DNA from: Vicugna vicugna
Lineage: Eukaryota
Reading direction: 5' to 3'
Length of the DNA stretch: 64,000 nt
Assembly (NCBI GenBank): GCA_013265495.1
Contig: MU057651.1
Span: forward strand, 2,458,948-2,522,947
Below the pieces are notes generated by a model. It did no database searches. It was given only the letters and a program-made list of their open reading frames with translations, and had not been told where the DNA came from. Shown here one piece after another: positions 26,458 through 37,770 of the stretch (position 1 is the first letter of the stretch; each line of letters opens with the position of its first letter). The translations under genes and the position numbers were made by a program.

Positions 26458-28494
26458 TTATTGCCCACAACCAAAAGTTCGGTTCCAGTCCTCGTAAAGC
26501 TCCAGGTCCTTCGGCGACACGCTCGGCCGCACGGTCCTGAAAGCGTTCTCAAAGTCGCTGTAAGCGATCGGCCGAACCTGGTCCGGGGTCACCGTGGCAA
26601 TGTCGGCGGCCTGCAGGCTGCGAATGGGCCCGAGGGACGCCTCTCGGCACAGCTGGGTCATGTCGGCGCCCGAGAAGCCCTGGGACCGCTGCACGACCCG
26701 CCGGACCTCCTCCGTGCTGAGCTGGCACCGCTCCCGGGACATCAGGCTGGTCACGATCTGCTCCCTGGCCGAGGCCTCCGGAAGCGGGATGTACAGCCGC
26801 TTCGCCAGCCTCCTCCGCGCGGCCTCATCGATCTCCTGCGGCCGGTTGGTGGCCCCCACCACCAGGATGCGGTCTTCAGCGGACGTGGCCGCCCCGTCCA
26901 GCTGAACGAGAAACTCGGTCTTGATCCTCCGGGAAGACTCGTGCTCGCCGTCGCCCCGCTGGGACAGCAGGGAGTCGATTTCGTCGATAAATATGACCGC
27001 GGGCTGCTGGCTCCTGGCGACGGCGAACAGCGCCCGGACCATCTTCTCCCCCTCCCCCACCCACTTGGACGTCAAGGAGGAGGCGGAGATGCAGAAGAAC
27101 GTGGCCCCAGACTGACTCGCGATGCACTTGCCGATGAGAGTCTTACCCGTCCCGGGGGGCCCGAAGAGCAGAATTCCCTTAGGGGGGCCCCGAAGGCCGG
27201 TGAAGATGTCTGGCCGCACCATGGGCCACACGACCACCTCCTTGATCGTGGCTTTGGCGAACTCCACGCCCGCGATGTCGTCCCAGCTCACGGGAGGGCC
27301 CTGGTCCATGACCTCGCTCATGATGAGCTCGATCATCTTGGGCTCCAAGTTCTTGAGACGCTCGTCCACGGGATGCGCTGGTTCCGCGCGCCCTGAGCCC
27401 CGAGGCCGGCCCGGCACCCCGCCGCTCTGCTCGCCCCCGTCCTGCTTAGGTACTGGCGGGACGAACTTCCCAAAGATGCCCCGGGACCGACCGGCGCCCA
27501 GGGACTTTTTGACCCCGCCGTGCGAGCAGCCTGGCGCGCGCTGGGCCGTGCGCTGCTGCCTCTGCCGCTCCACCCACAGCTGTTCTCTCGCAGTTCTAAA
27601 AGCAGGCAGGCCGCTCTCTTCTCTCGGGCTGTCGTCCTCTGTTTGACCGAAAGCCTTCCTCAGTGTGGGGGCGGAACGTGCATCGGTGGTGCCAGAACCG
27701 TAAGGCGCGTTGGTCCCCTCCCGTGGACCTTCACAGGCAGGAGGGAAGCGGGACTGATTCGAGCAGAACACGTTTAGTCCTCCGGCGCCTTTTGGAGAGG
27801 AGTCATCTTCCTTTCGGACACTTGCGAACAATGGTTTGGCATAAGATTTTGCAGTGACTGATTCGCCAAAAGGCACTGAGACCGCAGGACACATCTTAGG
27901 GGTGTCAGTGACCGGCGGTGGCTGGACACTCTGGGGGCCCTTCAGAGAAGCACTGCTCTCGGGGATGTCCTGGGTCCTAGCTGTCCCACGGGCTGAGTCA
28001 GTCCGCGGGTCACTGTCCCCAGAACCACCACAAACACCAAACTGAGCCACGTCGGACACGGTGGCCGCTCTGTGGATTACCGCGGACGCATCAGAAGGTG
28101 CCAGCTCAGAGTCTCGGAGCCGTCTGCCCGCCTGCATCATCTCCTGCACCTTCTGCATCCTGAACACGTGACTTACCGACAACCCAGACTTCCACTTGTC
28201 ACTGTCACTTTGCTGAGATCTCGCTTGAGCTAAAATGTCTTCTGCGTAGTTGTTCAAGCCGGTCTCAGCGTTGTCAGAATCCATAACGCTGGAGTATTTC
28301 TCCGCATACTTTTTGAACAGGCGGGCAGCACAGGCCGGGGAGAGCTCCGAGGCGGCCCGCGCGTACTGGACGCGCAGTATTTGTGCCCGGTAGGCGTCCG
28401 CCTTCTGCCCTGCCGTGCACGCGCCAGACGCAACTGCAAAGTAATTCTTCTGCCACTCGCCCAGGTGTACAGACCTGGAGCTGGGGGCCTGCAT
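26458..28494 (-). CDS. FIGNL1: Fidgetin-like protein 1, AAA+ ATPase (678 aa, single coding exon)
   Basis: ATG at 28494 (MQAPSS...[10 protein letters not shown]), 10 nt after acceptor tgctgcag| (exon starts 28504). RAD51-binding-type FxxA (FRTA) and FVPP motifs, Walker A GPPGTGKT, pore loop SKWVGEGE, Walker [30 protein letters not shown] at 26460-26458. Confidence 0.97.
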   Translation of the reverse strand: MQAPSSRSVHLGEWQKNYFAVASGACTAGQKADAYRAQILRVQYARAASELSPACAARLFKKYAEKYSSVMDSDNAETGLNNYAEDILAQARSQQSDSDKWKSGLSVSHVFRMQKVQEMMQAGRRLRDSELAPSDASAVIHRAATVSDVAQFGVCGGSGDSDPRTDSARGTARTQDIPESSASLKGPQSVQPPPVTDTPKMCPAVSVPFGESVTAKSYAKPLFASVRKEDDSSPKGAGGLNVFCSNQSRFPPACEGPREGTNAPYGSGTTDARSAPTLRKAFGQTEDDSPREESGLPAFRTAREQLWVERQRQQRTAQRAPGCSHGGVKKSLGAGRSRGIFGKFVPPVPKQDGGEQSGGVPGRPRGSGRAEPAHPVDERLKNLEPKMIELIMSEVMDQGPPVSWDDIAGVEFAKATIKEVVVWPMVRPDIFTGLRGPPKGILLFGPPGTGKTLIGKCIASQSGATFFCISASSLTSKWVGEGEKMVRALFAVARSQQPAVIFIDEIDSLLSQRGDGEHESSRRIKTEFLVQLDGAATSAEDRILVVGATNRPQEIDEAARRRLAKRLYIPLPEASAREQIVTSLMSRERCQLSTEEVRRVVQRSQGFSGADMTQLCREASLGPIRSLQAADIATVTPDQVRPIAYSDFENAFRTVRPSVSPKDLELYEDWNRTFGCGQ

Positions 28495-28994
28495 CTCAGC
28501 GCTCCTGCAGCAGAGGACAAAAATGAAAACGAGTCCGTGGCAAGAAGGAAACAAAGACACAGCACTCTGAACCTACTTTTAAAATCTCCGCTCATCTGAA
28601 GGAAGGCACCCTGGACTTCTCATTTACAAGGTCCATCCGTAAGGAAAGGCCACTTATCGGGGCAAGCACTCAAGATACAAAAGATCAAAGACTACACTTA
28701 ATAATGCTGTTTTACTTTTGTAATAATTTCCTCCGGGAACAGGGGAAAACATTCGTAAGGTGTAGACGGAAAAAAACTGAAAATCAATCAGCAAAGGAAG
28801 GCAATACGGAAAACAACGGGGGGAACAAAGCAAAACAGACCAAGCCCAGCCCGGCCTTTAAGCCTGATCTCTAAGAAAAACTAAGAACGCTCTCATGCAA
28901 GAGTCTTACAGTGGCTGGGCCTTCCGTTTCATCTGTAAAAGGGGACGAAATCACCGTGAGAATCAAGTCAGGAGACAGATTTGAAAATACTTAA

Positions 28995-29125
28995 AAGCTG
29001 CTATTATCACCTCTACTGCACAAATGTAGAAACTGAGGCTCAGAGAGGTCAGAAACTTACCTGAGGTCACACAGCCAGCTGGCAATGGAGCCAGAACTCG
29101 CACACGGGTGGTTTCACTCCAGGCA
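28995..29125. mobile_element. MIR SINE
   Basis: Core gaaactgaggctcagagagg...aggtcacacagc...ggagccagaactcg. Confidence 0.8.
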
Positions 29126-29188
29126 GCGTGCACGTCGCAAAATGCACCTTGCAGCTGTCGGATCACAAGTGCAAACTAGTATCACACG
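29061..29188 (-). other. FIGNL1: Candidate FIGNL1 non-coding 5' UTR exon overlapping a MIR
   Basis: Minus strand: pyrimidine tract then tttag| at 29189; consensus donor CAG|GTAAGT at 29061/29060. Confidence 0.5.
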
Positions 29189-30507
29189 CTAAATATTTTT
29201 AAGGAGAAAAAAAAAAAGAGTTAATGGCAGAAAATAAGGACCTGGAGGTAGCTGAACTCTGTAGAGGGTACAGTTATTAGTAACCAGCATGAAGCTCTGG
29301 GTGTCGTCTTGTTTTCTGGAGGTAAAATAAACTCATGGATATTTCTTCCAAAAAAAAACATTTTTAAGGATTTGCAAATGAGCACTGAAAACACGACGCC
29401 TCAGAACCTCTCATAATTACCCAATTTCGCGCGAAGCATCAGAAAATCAAGCTGTCACGATGAATGAAATTTGAGAACAAGTCCGCGAGTGAAGTGCTTC
29501 TAATGTAAGAAGTCTTCTCTCGCGTTATTTTGTAAGCCTCCTTACAGCAACTTAAAATTATTTTAACAGAACTGCAGATGAACGTGTCATGTTGCGGGCC
29601 GTGCAGGATGTACGTGCCAATCCTCTGACACTTCCTAGGAGTACCACAGTAAGTACCCAGAACTCACGCATTTTAAAATTTGCCTTCCAAATTATCTGCA
29701 AATTATCTGGCTCTGCAGGAGCCACAGGTTAAAACAGCTTTGTTTCTCCCAGAATTCTCTACAAAGAACCGGCCGCGTGGTAGGAAGGCGTTCATCAATC
29801 TTTGTAACATTTTTGAAAAAGTAAATAAATAAACTCGAGACCCAGCGAAATTCTAACCTGCTTAAAGACATGAAGTCAACTAGAGCGAACGCCTCCTGAC
29901 ACAGGCTTCATCCGTCTTGCCACTATTTTAACTCCCTTTTCCCTCTTTTTATGCAATACTAGAAACGAGACATTGAGAGACGGGTGACCTGGAAGCCACT
30001 TATCACCAAGTTTCACATTAGTGTGAACATCTTCTTCCTCTCCACGGCTTCATCCCATTTGATCATCTGTAATTCTGAGATGTGGCCCCCAAGTCCCCTC
30101 CTCTTCCCCTCCCACGCTCACCCGCATCTTCCACCCTCACCTCCCAAGTCTCCCTTTTTCCTTCCAACCCAACCATTCACCCAACATACACACACGCGGA
30201 CAGCCGGACACCGCAGGGCCGGCACTGACCAGTGAGTGACACCGCCGCGGCCCTTCACAAGACCTCCCCACGTCCCCTTCGTCTCTATGGCGTCTCCCAG
30301 CGCTAAAGGTCACGGTTACCCAGCACTGACGGGTGGCGGCCTTCTGAGCTTTCCCCCTGCTTACTGAACGTGACATTCGGACAGAGAACCCGGCTCCCTC
30401 CAGGAGGGGTGTCCCCGTCACGTGTCCGTGCTCCCCGCATGCGAACAGGTGCCCCCGGGGGTGCGAGCCACCAAGACGCGGCAAGGCCGCGGGTCGCAGA
30501 CGCCACA

Positions 30508-30689
30508 CCGGGTGGCTCCCCGTGTCCCCCGCCCCCGGAGTCCTCCCCGGGGGTCCCCCAGCCCCGGCGACCTCCCCCGGGTCCCCGCGCCGGGTGGCTC
30601 CCCGTGTCCCCTGCCCCCGGAGCCCTCCCCGGGGGTCCCCCAGCCCCGGCGACCTCCCCCGGGTCCCCGCGCCGGGTGGCTCCCCGCGT
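30508..30689. repeat. GC-rich 82-bp minisatellite, array A (about 2.2 units)
   Basis: Unit ccgggtggctccccgtgtcccccgcccccggagtcctcccc...gggtccccgcg starts at 30508, 30590 and 30672. Confidence 0.9.
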
Positions 30690-32188
30690 CCGGCCCCCGC
30701 CGCCCCCGAGGGGCTGAGGGGAGGAGGGCCGCCCGCCCGGACGCCCCCGCCGCTCAGGCCGGCCTCCGCACGGCGGGGGCACCGCGGGGACACACCCCGG
30801 CCCCTCCGCGCCCCCAGCCCCCGCCTCCGGCCCTCCACCCCGCTCGCCCTCCCTCCCCGCTGACCTGCTGCTTCCGAAAAGCGCGGGGCCCCGTGTGCGC
30901 CTGCGCGCCGGGACGGGCTCGGGCCCGCGCCGTGCGTGCGTGCGTGCGCGCGCGCGAGAGAGAGAGCGTGAGGCGGGGCGTGCGTGCGCGCGCCAGGGGC
31001 GGGGCCGGGGGCAGGGCCCCGCCCAGGCCGGACCCCGCGGGCCCGCTCTCCCCCGGGGAGGTCGGTCACGGACACGCAGCTTAAGGCGGACTCAGGCACT
31101 GGAGTTCCTGCGCTGCCCGAATGCTGAGTGCGGCCGCTCAGACGCGCCCCGGACCGCAGGCACGCTCCTGGGCCCGCGTGCACACTCGTGGTCCGCGTGC
31201 ACACCCCCGGCCCCGCATTGCAGACCCCTGTCCCCGCGTGCACGCCCCTGGCCCGCAACCCCGGGTCCCGCGCCGGGTGGCTCCCCGTGTCCCCCGCCCC
31301 CGGCGACCTCCCCCGGGTCCCGCGCCGGCTGGCTCCCAGTGTCCCCCGCCCCCGGAGTCCTCCCCGGGGGTCCCCCAGCCCCGGCGACCTCCCCCGGGTC
31401 CCGCGCCGGCTGGCTCCCCGCGTCCCCCGGGTCCCCGCGCCGGGTGGCTCCCCGTGTCCCCCGCCCCCGGAGTCCTCCCCGGGGGTCCCCCAGCCCCGGC
31501 GACCTCCCCCGGGTCCCCGCGCCGGGTGGCTCCCCGTGTCCCCCGCCCCCGGAGTCCTCCCCGGGGGTCCCCCAGCCCCGGCGACCTCCCCCGGGTCCCG
31601 CGCCGGGTGGCTCCCAGCGTCCGGCCCCCGCCGCCCCCGAGGGGCTGAGGGGAGGAGGGCCGCCCGCCCGGACGCCCCCGCCGCTCAGGCCGGCCTCCGC
31701 ACGGCGGGGGCACCGCGGGGACACACCCCGGCCCCTCCGCGCCCCCAGCCCCCGCCTCCGGCCCTCCACCCCGCTCGCCCTCCCTCCCCGCTGACCTGCT
31801 GCTTCCGAAAAGCGCGGGGCCCCGTGTGCGCCTGCGCGCGGGGAGGGGCTCGGGCCCGCGCCGTGCGTGCGTGCGCGCGCGCGCGAGAGAGAGAGAGCGT
31901 GAGGCGGGGCGTGCGTGCGCGCGCCAGGGGCGGGGCCGGGGGCAGGGCCCCGCCCAGGCCGGACCCCGCGGGCCCGCTCTCCCCCGGGGAGGTCGGTCAC
32001 GGACACGCAGCTTAAGGCGGACTCAGGCACTGGAGTTCCTGCGCTGCCCGAATGCTGAGTGCGGCCGCTCAGACGCGCCCCGGACCGCAGGCACGCTCCT
32101 GGGCCCGCGTGCACACTCGTGGTCCGCGTGCACACCCCCGGCCCCGCATTGCAGACCCCTGTCCCCGCGTGCACGCCCCTGGCCCGCA
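30690..32188. repeat. Direct tandem duplication: 30690-31257 recurs at 31621-32188 (offset 931)
   Basis: Near-identical 568-bp blocks differing by only a few substitutions. Confidence 0.95.
31259..31620. repeat. Same 82-bp minisatellite, array B (full plus internally deleted units)
   Basis: Units start at 31440, 31522 and 31603; shortened or variant units at about 31273, 31325 and 31406. Confidence 0.9.
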
Positions 32189-34091
32189 TTGCATACACCT
32201 AGACCGCAAGTACATCCTTGGGCCCGCGTGCACAGACTTGGCCCTGGTGCACACCCCTGTCCGCGCAGGCACGCCCCTCTGCCCGTCCTGCGCCCTCTAG
32301 GGCCGAGTCCGGGAGGACCTGGGGCTTGGTCTGGGGCAGGGCTTCGGAGGACAGAACTGTGCTTGGAGGGGTGTAGCAGACCGCGTTTTCAGACCAAGTA
32401 ACCGAGTAGCCACTGACAGCCACCATGAGGCGGGCTGATGTCACCGCTGGTGTGGAGGTGGGCAGCTCCAGGTCTGGTGGCCCGACCCCAGGAGGTCAGC
32501 AGGGGCCCCCTCTCCATCTTCTCATTCTGCATTGCATCTCCTCCCCAAGCTGCCGCCTCCTTGTCCCAAGGCGAACCCCACGATCCAAGGAACCAGCCTC
32601 ACAGAACCCTATTCAAAGCAAAAACGGGGGCCAAACGGGGGAAGAACCTTTCCCTTTCAATACTTCCCTCTCGGAAAAAGGAAGAAGCAATTTCTCAGAA
32701 AGCCTCGGGAGCCTTCCTCTTAACTCTCCTTGGCTTCCTGGGTCCTGTGGTTACCCCTTCCTGAGAAAGTGAGCGTCTGGCACAGGGGATGGAAACAGGA
32801 CTGTCCAGCCTCATCTAACAGCACGCGCCATTGAAACACAGACCCAAAGAAATGTGGGGCAAAACATTTTTAAAGACCTTTCTTGTAAGATTAAAAAAAT
32901 AATAAAAACGATTGTCTGAAGAACACATTTTAAAATAGACAAGAGTTACAATGAAGACCAGTCACAATCCATCTCTTGGCTTAGTCATAAAAGACTTTTT
33001 AGTTCTAATTCTTCATAATTTACTGACAAATTTACCAATTATTATAATTACCCAAAATATGCCATATAGCATAAAAATAAAATAAAATGAAAAGGAAAAC
33101 CGTTATCTCAAGGCCAACTCAGTTGCACGTTTACTGCCTCCTGTTTTCCTTGCAGATTTACAAATCACCATATAAACAGCATTTAGGTAATTAGCAATTT
33201 TTGGTGAATTTCACCAGCAGAATTTTAGTGAGAGCATTTTGGAGAATTCATATAAACCGCTGTCTCAGCCGCCTAAGAGTATTGTTCAAATACTGAATTA
33301 CATTTATGGTTGCCAGTGTTACAATTTTTCTAACAGGTCACACCAGTGTTGCCACTTCACTTTTGTGCCTTAAATATAAAAGCATTTAGTGCCTGCATTA
33401 TGCAGATCTTTTAAACTTTCCGTCTCAGACCATAGGCTGAGTTTTTTCTTCCCCTGGGTAGAATTTTTTGAACCTGCAAGAGAAGAGGTTTTACAGCTCC
33501 AGCACACAGAATGCCGGTGCTTGATGCTGGCTGCTCATTTCCATATTCATGAATATTATCACCGTGGTCTCAGACACACTTCAGTGATGTCATCTGTTTT
33601 TCAGCAGAGGGAGAACGCGGCTCTAAATAATGTGCACCGCTGTCTGCCGGGAGAGTTAACTTTAAAAGAGGTGTGTAGGTCCAGGGAGGTGGATGGGGCT
33701 GAGGAGATGCGGAGACAGACAGGTTCTTCTGGGATTACTGAATGTGCCTGGATCCTGATGGATCCCAAGCCTTTCAGCTCCTTAACTCAGGGTTATGGAA
33801 GAAGGCAGAATGAGGATCGGGGGTCTGGGGGATGAATTCCTGCCTCTGTCAGAGAAGTAAGAGGTGTCTGGACCCGGAGTGAGTGAAGTGCACAATTCCA
33901 GTAAAAGATTCATTCAGAAGAGCTATGAAAAGGCCCCCTGGTTTCCCATCACACACAGAGCTGGTGGGTGGGGAGGGGGCCCCCTCCCCTGAAATGGGGC
34001 GGGCAGAGCAGGAAGGAACCTGCTTGGTTTCCTCTGGAACCTCCGTACCAACCTGAGTCAGCACTCCTGGGGCCTCCAGCTTGATCCTGTG

Positions 34092-34510
34092 TGTTGTGGG
34101 TTGAATTGCACATCCCTGCAAAGGGTACATCCATGTCCTCCCCTCCAGTGTCGGTGCACGTCACCTGATTGGGAAATCAATTACCTTTACAGAGGTAATC
34201 GAGTTGAAGTGGTTCAAATGAGTTCATCCTGGATTGAGATGGACCCTATAACTGAACGTGACTGATGTTTTTACAAAGAAGAGAGACACAGAGATGACCG
34301 AGTGAAGACAGAGGCGGAGACAGGAGTTATATGGCCACCAGCCAGGAAACATCTGGGGCCACCAGAAGGTGCAGTAGGCAGCGAGGGGTCCTCCCTGGGG
34401 GTTTTGGAGCCAGCGTGGCCCTGCTGAGGCCTTCATTTCAGGGTCCTGGCCTCCAGAACCCTGAGAGAGTACACTTCTGTGTTTCTAAGCGGCCCTAGGA
34501 AACGAACACT
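34092..34510 (+). mobile_element. MaLR LTR (MLT1-like)
   Basis: tgtgggttgaattg start; gtgaagacagaggcggaga, ggccaccagaag, tggccctgctga, ggcctccagaac, ctaggaaac motifs. Confidence 0.85.
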
Positions 34511-34755
34511 CCATAGTTGCAATGGGTGGGGTTGGGGTCAGCTTTCCGGAGCTCAAACCCCAGCTCTGCCCCTCATGAGCTCCCTCCAGGGGTCCTTGGG
34601 GGGCAGCAATGGCGTTCTGGCCCCCAGTGAGCTCTGTCCAAGTGCAGGGCATTGGGGTGATGCCCAGGGGCAAGCCCTTTGCTCAACACACGCTGCAAGA
34701 TTACAGCTCAGCACTGAAAAGGAAGTCTTGCTGTGGGTGGTATTTCTAGTAATGT

Positions 34756-35232
34756 TGAGGTGGGAAGCCCCACGGAAAAGACCAGCAGGACCCCCAGGCA
34801 GAGCCACTACTTTCCTGCCAGCGCCATCCAGTTCCTTGGCCTGCCAGCTTTTTGTCTCTATAAAACAGCTCGCACCTAGGAAAGCAGAACTTGCCCCTAA
34901 GATTCTATTGATTCCTTCAGCTCACTCCTGATTGGTCCATTTGTAACACCTCATTTGCATAGAGCTCACTCCTGATTGGTCCATTTCTAAAAAGCTCATT
35001 CCTGATTGGTCAACTTTATTATCTCTTATTTGCATATGATGTTGCAAAGTGTGAACTGGCAGCCTATAAAAGCCTGTGTAAACCCACAGACGGGGTCCAG
35101 AGCTTGGAGTGTTAACTCTTGTGGGCCCGTTGGCGCAATAAATCTGAGTTTTCCAACCTGCCCAGTGCTGCTTGGTCTCTCGTCCGATCCAGGTTGCTGT
35201 CACACTGAGCTGTCACACGCTTTGCTACAACA
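34756..35232 (+). mobile_element. Solo ERV LTR (477 bp, TG...CA, 4-bp TSD)
   Basis: ATGT at 34752-34755 and 35233-35236; TATAAAA at 35065; AATAAA at 35137; repeated U3 units. Confidence 0.8.
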
Positions 35233-36339
35233 ATGTAGCCAAATGCTCTTCTTCTGCTGGACGGTTGGAATCGCAGATACAGACCAGCGCTTAATGTTCC
35301 CCGCGTTTTCAGTCCCATGGAGTTGTTTCCTTTGCCGTTTCTCATCCGGTGATTCTCCTGTCCCCAGTGAACACCCACCGCACTGGAGAACTTACCAAGA
35401 GAATGTGTTTTATTCTCTTTGCTGATGGGCTGACCTCTAAGGTCTACCTTCTGCTGGAAAAAAAAATCTGTCTCCCTCTGTGTCACCTCTTCTTGGGAAG
35501 CATAAAGACTCTTCAAGTTAGATGAGTGTAAAATTTGAAGACGACTTACCAGGTAGGTCCACTGGGCAGCCTTCCGGTTCTAACCTTCCCCGGGTGATTT
35601 GCTTCCTCGCTGACCATACGTGGAGATGCCACCATCTCTTATCAGTGCTGGGGTCTGGGTTGGACGCCAACGTTCTGGACATTTATGGACTAGTGGGGTC
35701 TCCTGTGAGCGAGCCCACTCTGCTCATTTCTTCCTCTCTTTTTCTTTCGCTGACCATCCATGTTACGTCTCTGCTGTGTGGAATCACACTCTAGTTTCTC
35801 CAGAATGGTACTTGTGAGTTTATCCAGTTCACGCAAGCAACTTATTCTCACGGTGGTTTCTTATTAATTTTTTCTACTGCTTATTACAAGTATAGGTGAA
35901 GGCAGGTGGCCTAGGAATTACCAAAGAAATAGACTTTTGATATCAAATGTGGTAAATAATAATAATAATAATAATGCAAAAAAATTTTGATATTTGGTAT
36001 TTGGGGATTTACCTGATTCAGGAAATTAATAAAATAATCCTGAGATCAAAAAGCCATCAGGCAATCTCCATTCCTTTCCTCAAGCACAGGCTCTCTGAAT
36101 ATTCATTTCTAATTTGCCAAGTCGACTGGATTCCCAAGTTAAGGGGCACAGGTATGGAGGCAGCGCCTTCCTCTGAGGTCCTCCCTCCTCTGCCTCCCTT
36201 CTGGTGATCAGGGGACCACCTGGTGACATCTGGCCTCTCCGTTTCACCCTGGGCTCTTCTACAGATTCCTGTTGTGAGTGGCGCGTGGTCAGCCTGGTTG
36301 AGAGTCTCCGCTTTCAGGAAGTTTTGCTGTTTGCTCCGT

Positions 36340-37030
36340 GTTAGAGAGAAGGCACGTGGTTCCAGGAGGTATATGAGCTTGTCCCTGGTTCCTGACACAT
36401 GGCTCCTAAATCCCATGGAATCTGTGGGTAACAGGAACCTCCTTTGTTCTAAGGACGCTTCTCTTGGCAGGTCCCCAGATAGAATAAGGATGGGGACTGG
36501 TCACCAGAAAGATGGGGACATAGTTAGAGTGTTGAAACATTCAGCCCCTCTTCCCTACTCTGACCTCCAAGGAGGGCAGAGGCCGGAGATTGAGTTAATT
36601 ACAAGGACCAATGATGCAACCAGTCCGTGATTTGATAGAACCTCCGTAAAAACTAATGGGTGGGGTTTGGACCACTTCCAGGTCGGGGAGCGCATCAGGG
36701 TGCTTGGAGAGCTATGCCCAGAGGGGGCCTGGGAGCACCACATGCCTTCCCAAACCCTGCCCCACGCATCTTCCACTGGGCTCTTCCTGAGTTGCACCCT
36801 TCCTAAGGAACCAGTAAACGTAAGGAAAGTGACTTGCTGAGTTCTGGGAGCTGTTCTAGCCAATTACGGATCCAGTGAGGGGTGATGGGAACCCCCTGTT
36901 CCTAGCTGATTGGTCAGACGTACAGGAGGTCCAGGACTGTGGCCAGCGTCTGAAGTGGGGGCATTCTTGTGGGACTGTACCCTTAACCCACGGGGTCGGA
37001 TGCTAAATCCAGGCAGGTAGCGTCAGAAAG
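36340..37030 (+). mobile_element. LTR element (MER21-like)
   Basis: ggttcctgacaca..gctcctaaatccc, ctggtcaccagaaaga, gagttgcaccct, gtgggactg..cccttaacc motifs. Confidence 0.65.
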
Positions 37031-37584
37031 GTGGAAAAGACACATTGTGGTTTTGGTGCCAGGAGGGAAAACTCTTTCATTTGGGGTCAGAAGTGTCATA
37101 AGTGCAAACAGTTTTCTTGGTATCATGATTTACTAGCCCTGTCCAATTGTGCTGTGCCCCAGAAACGGACACGTTGTAACTGACTGTATTTCAGTTTTTC
37201 AAAAAGGATGCTAATTGTGTCCAGATCTATCTGGGATTTTGCCAGCAGTAGCTGGAGGTGCCCCTTATTGGGAGACACCATCTAGTTCCAGGGCCAGCAG
37301 TGGTCTGTGCACCATGTCATGACGCTAACTGGAATACAGATTTATATAAAAACGCTGCACGTGTAGATAAGGCTGAATAATCCAGGGAAGCTTTAAGAAC
37401 TTCCCCACATGGCGTTGCTTGGGGATTGTCTGGTTCGGCTCAGGGTCCAAGGTTCCACCCTCGGAGGGAAGATGGGCTTTCCCCAGGAAGGTCTGAACAC
37501 CCTCGCTCTCAGTTATATTGAGCGATGGTTCATCCCGGGAGCAGGCAGCACATTTGGCAGCGAGCGTAGGTGGGGCAGGAAGGG

Positions 37585-37770
37585 TGTGAATTCCAGACTG
37601 CCCGGTTCCAGTCCTCGCTCAGACAAGTTCCTATTGCCCACCTCAGTGTTCTCATCTGTGCAATGGGGATAATCATGGAGCATTTTTAAGTAAGTATTAA
37701 GTAAGTGGATGTTATAAGGTATTTATGACAGCACCTGGCTCAGAGCAAGTGCTGTGAGCATGTGGGTTAA
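37585..37770. mobile_element. MIR SINE relic
   Basis: cctcagtgttctcatctgtgcaatggggataat core. Confidence 0.7.

Larger units (their letters stand above)
30400..32320 (-). promoter_or_regulatory. FIGNL1: FIGNL1 CpG-island promoter and candidate non-coding exon 1, present in two copies
   Basis: Extreme CpG density upstream of the FIGNL1 CDS; GC boxes; NRF1-like GCGCCTGCGC at 30897 and 31828; minus-strand donor CAG|GTCAGC at 30865 and 31796. Confidence 0.8.

Noticed and set aside
26461..27396. 311-aa plus-strand ORF opposite FIGNL1
   Set aside because: Antisense shadow of a GC3-rich CDS.
28495..28560. Extended FIGNL1 N-terminus (MSLFPSCH...)
   Set aside because: Non-ATG start inside the intron's pyrimidine tract; the acceptor at 28504 and ATG at 28494 match the known protein start.
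30508..31620. 82-bp repeats as a CRISPR-like array
   Set aside because: Head-to-tail units with no unique spacers, no cas genes, and a mammalian context.
30137..32401. Several 200-370 aa Pro/Gly/Arg-rich ORFs
   Set aside because: Produced by the stop-poor CpG island, minisatellite and duplication; open in multiple frames on both strands.
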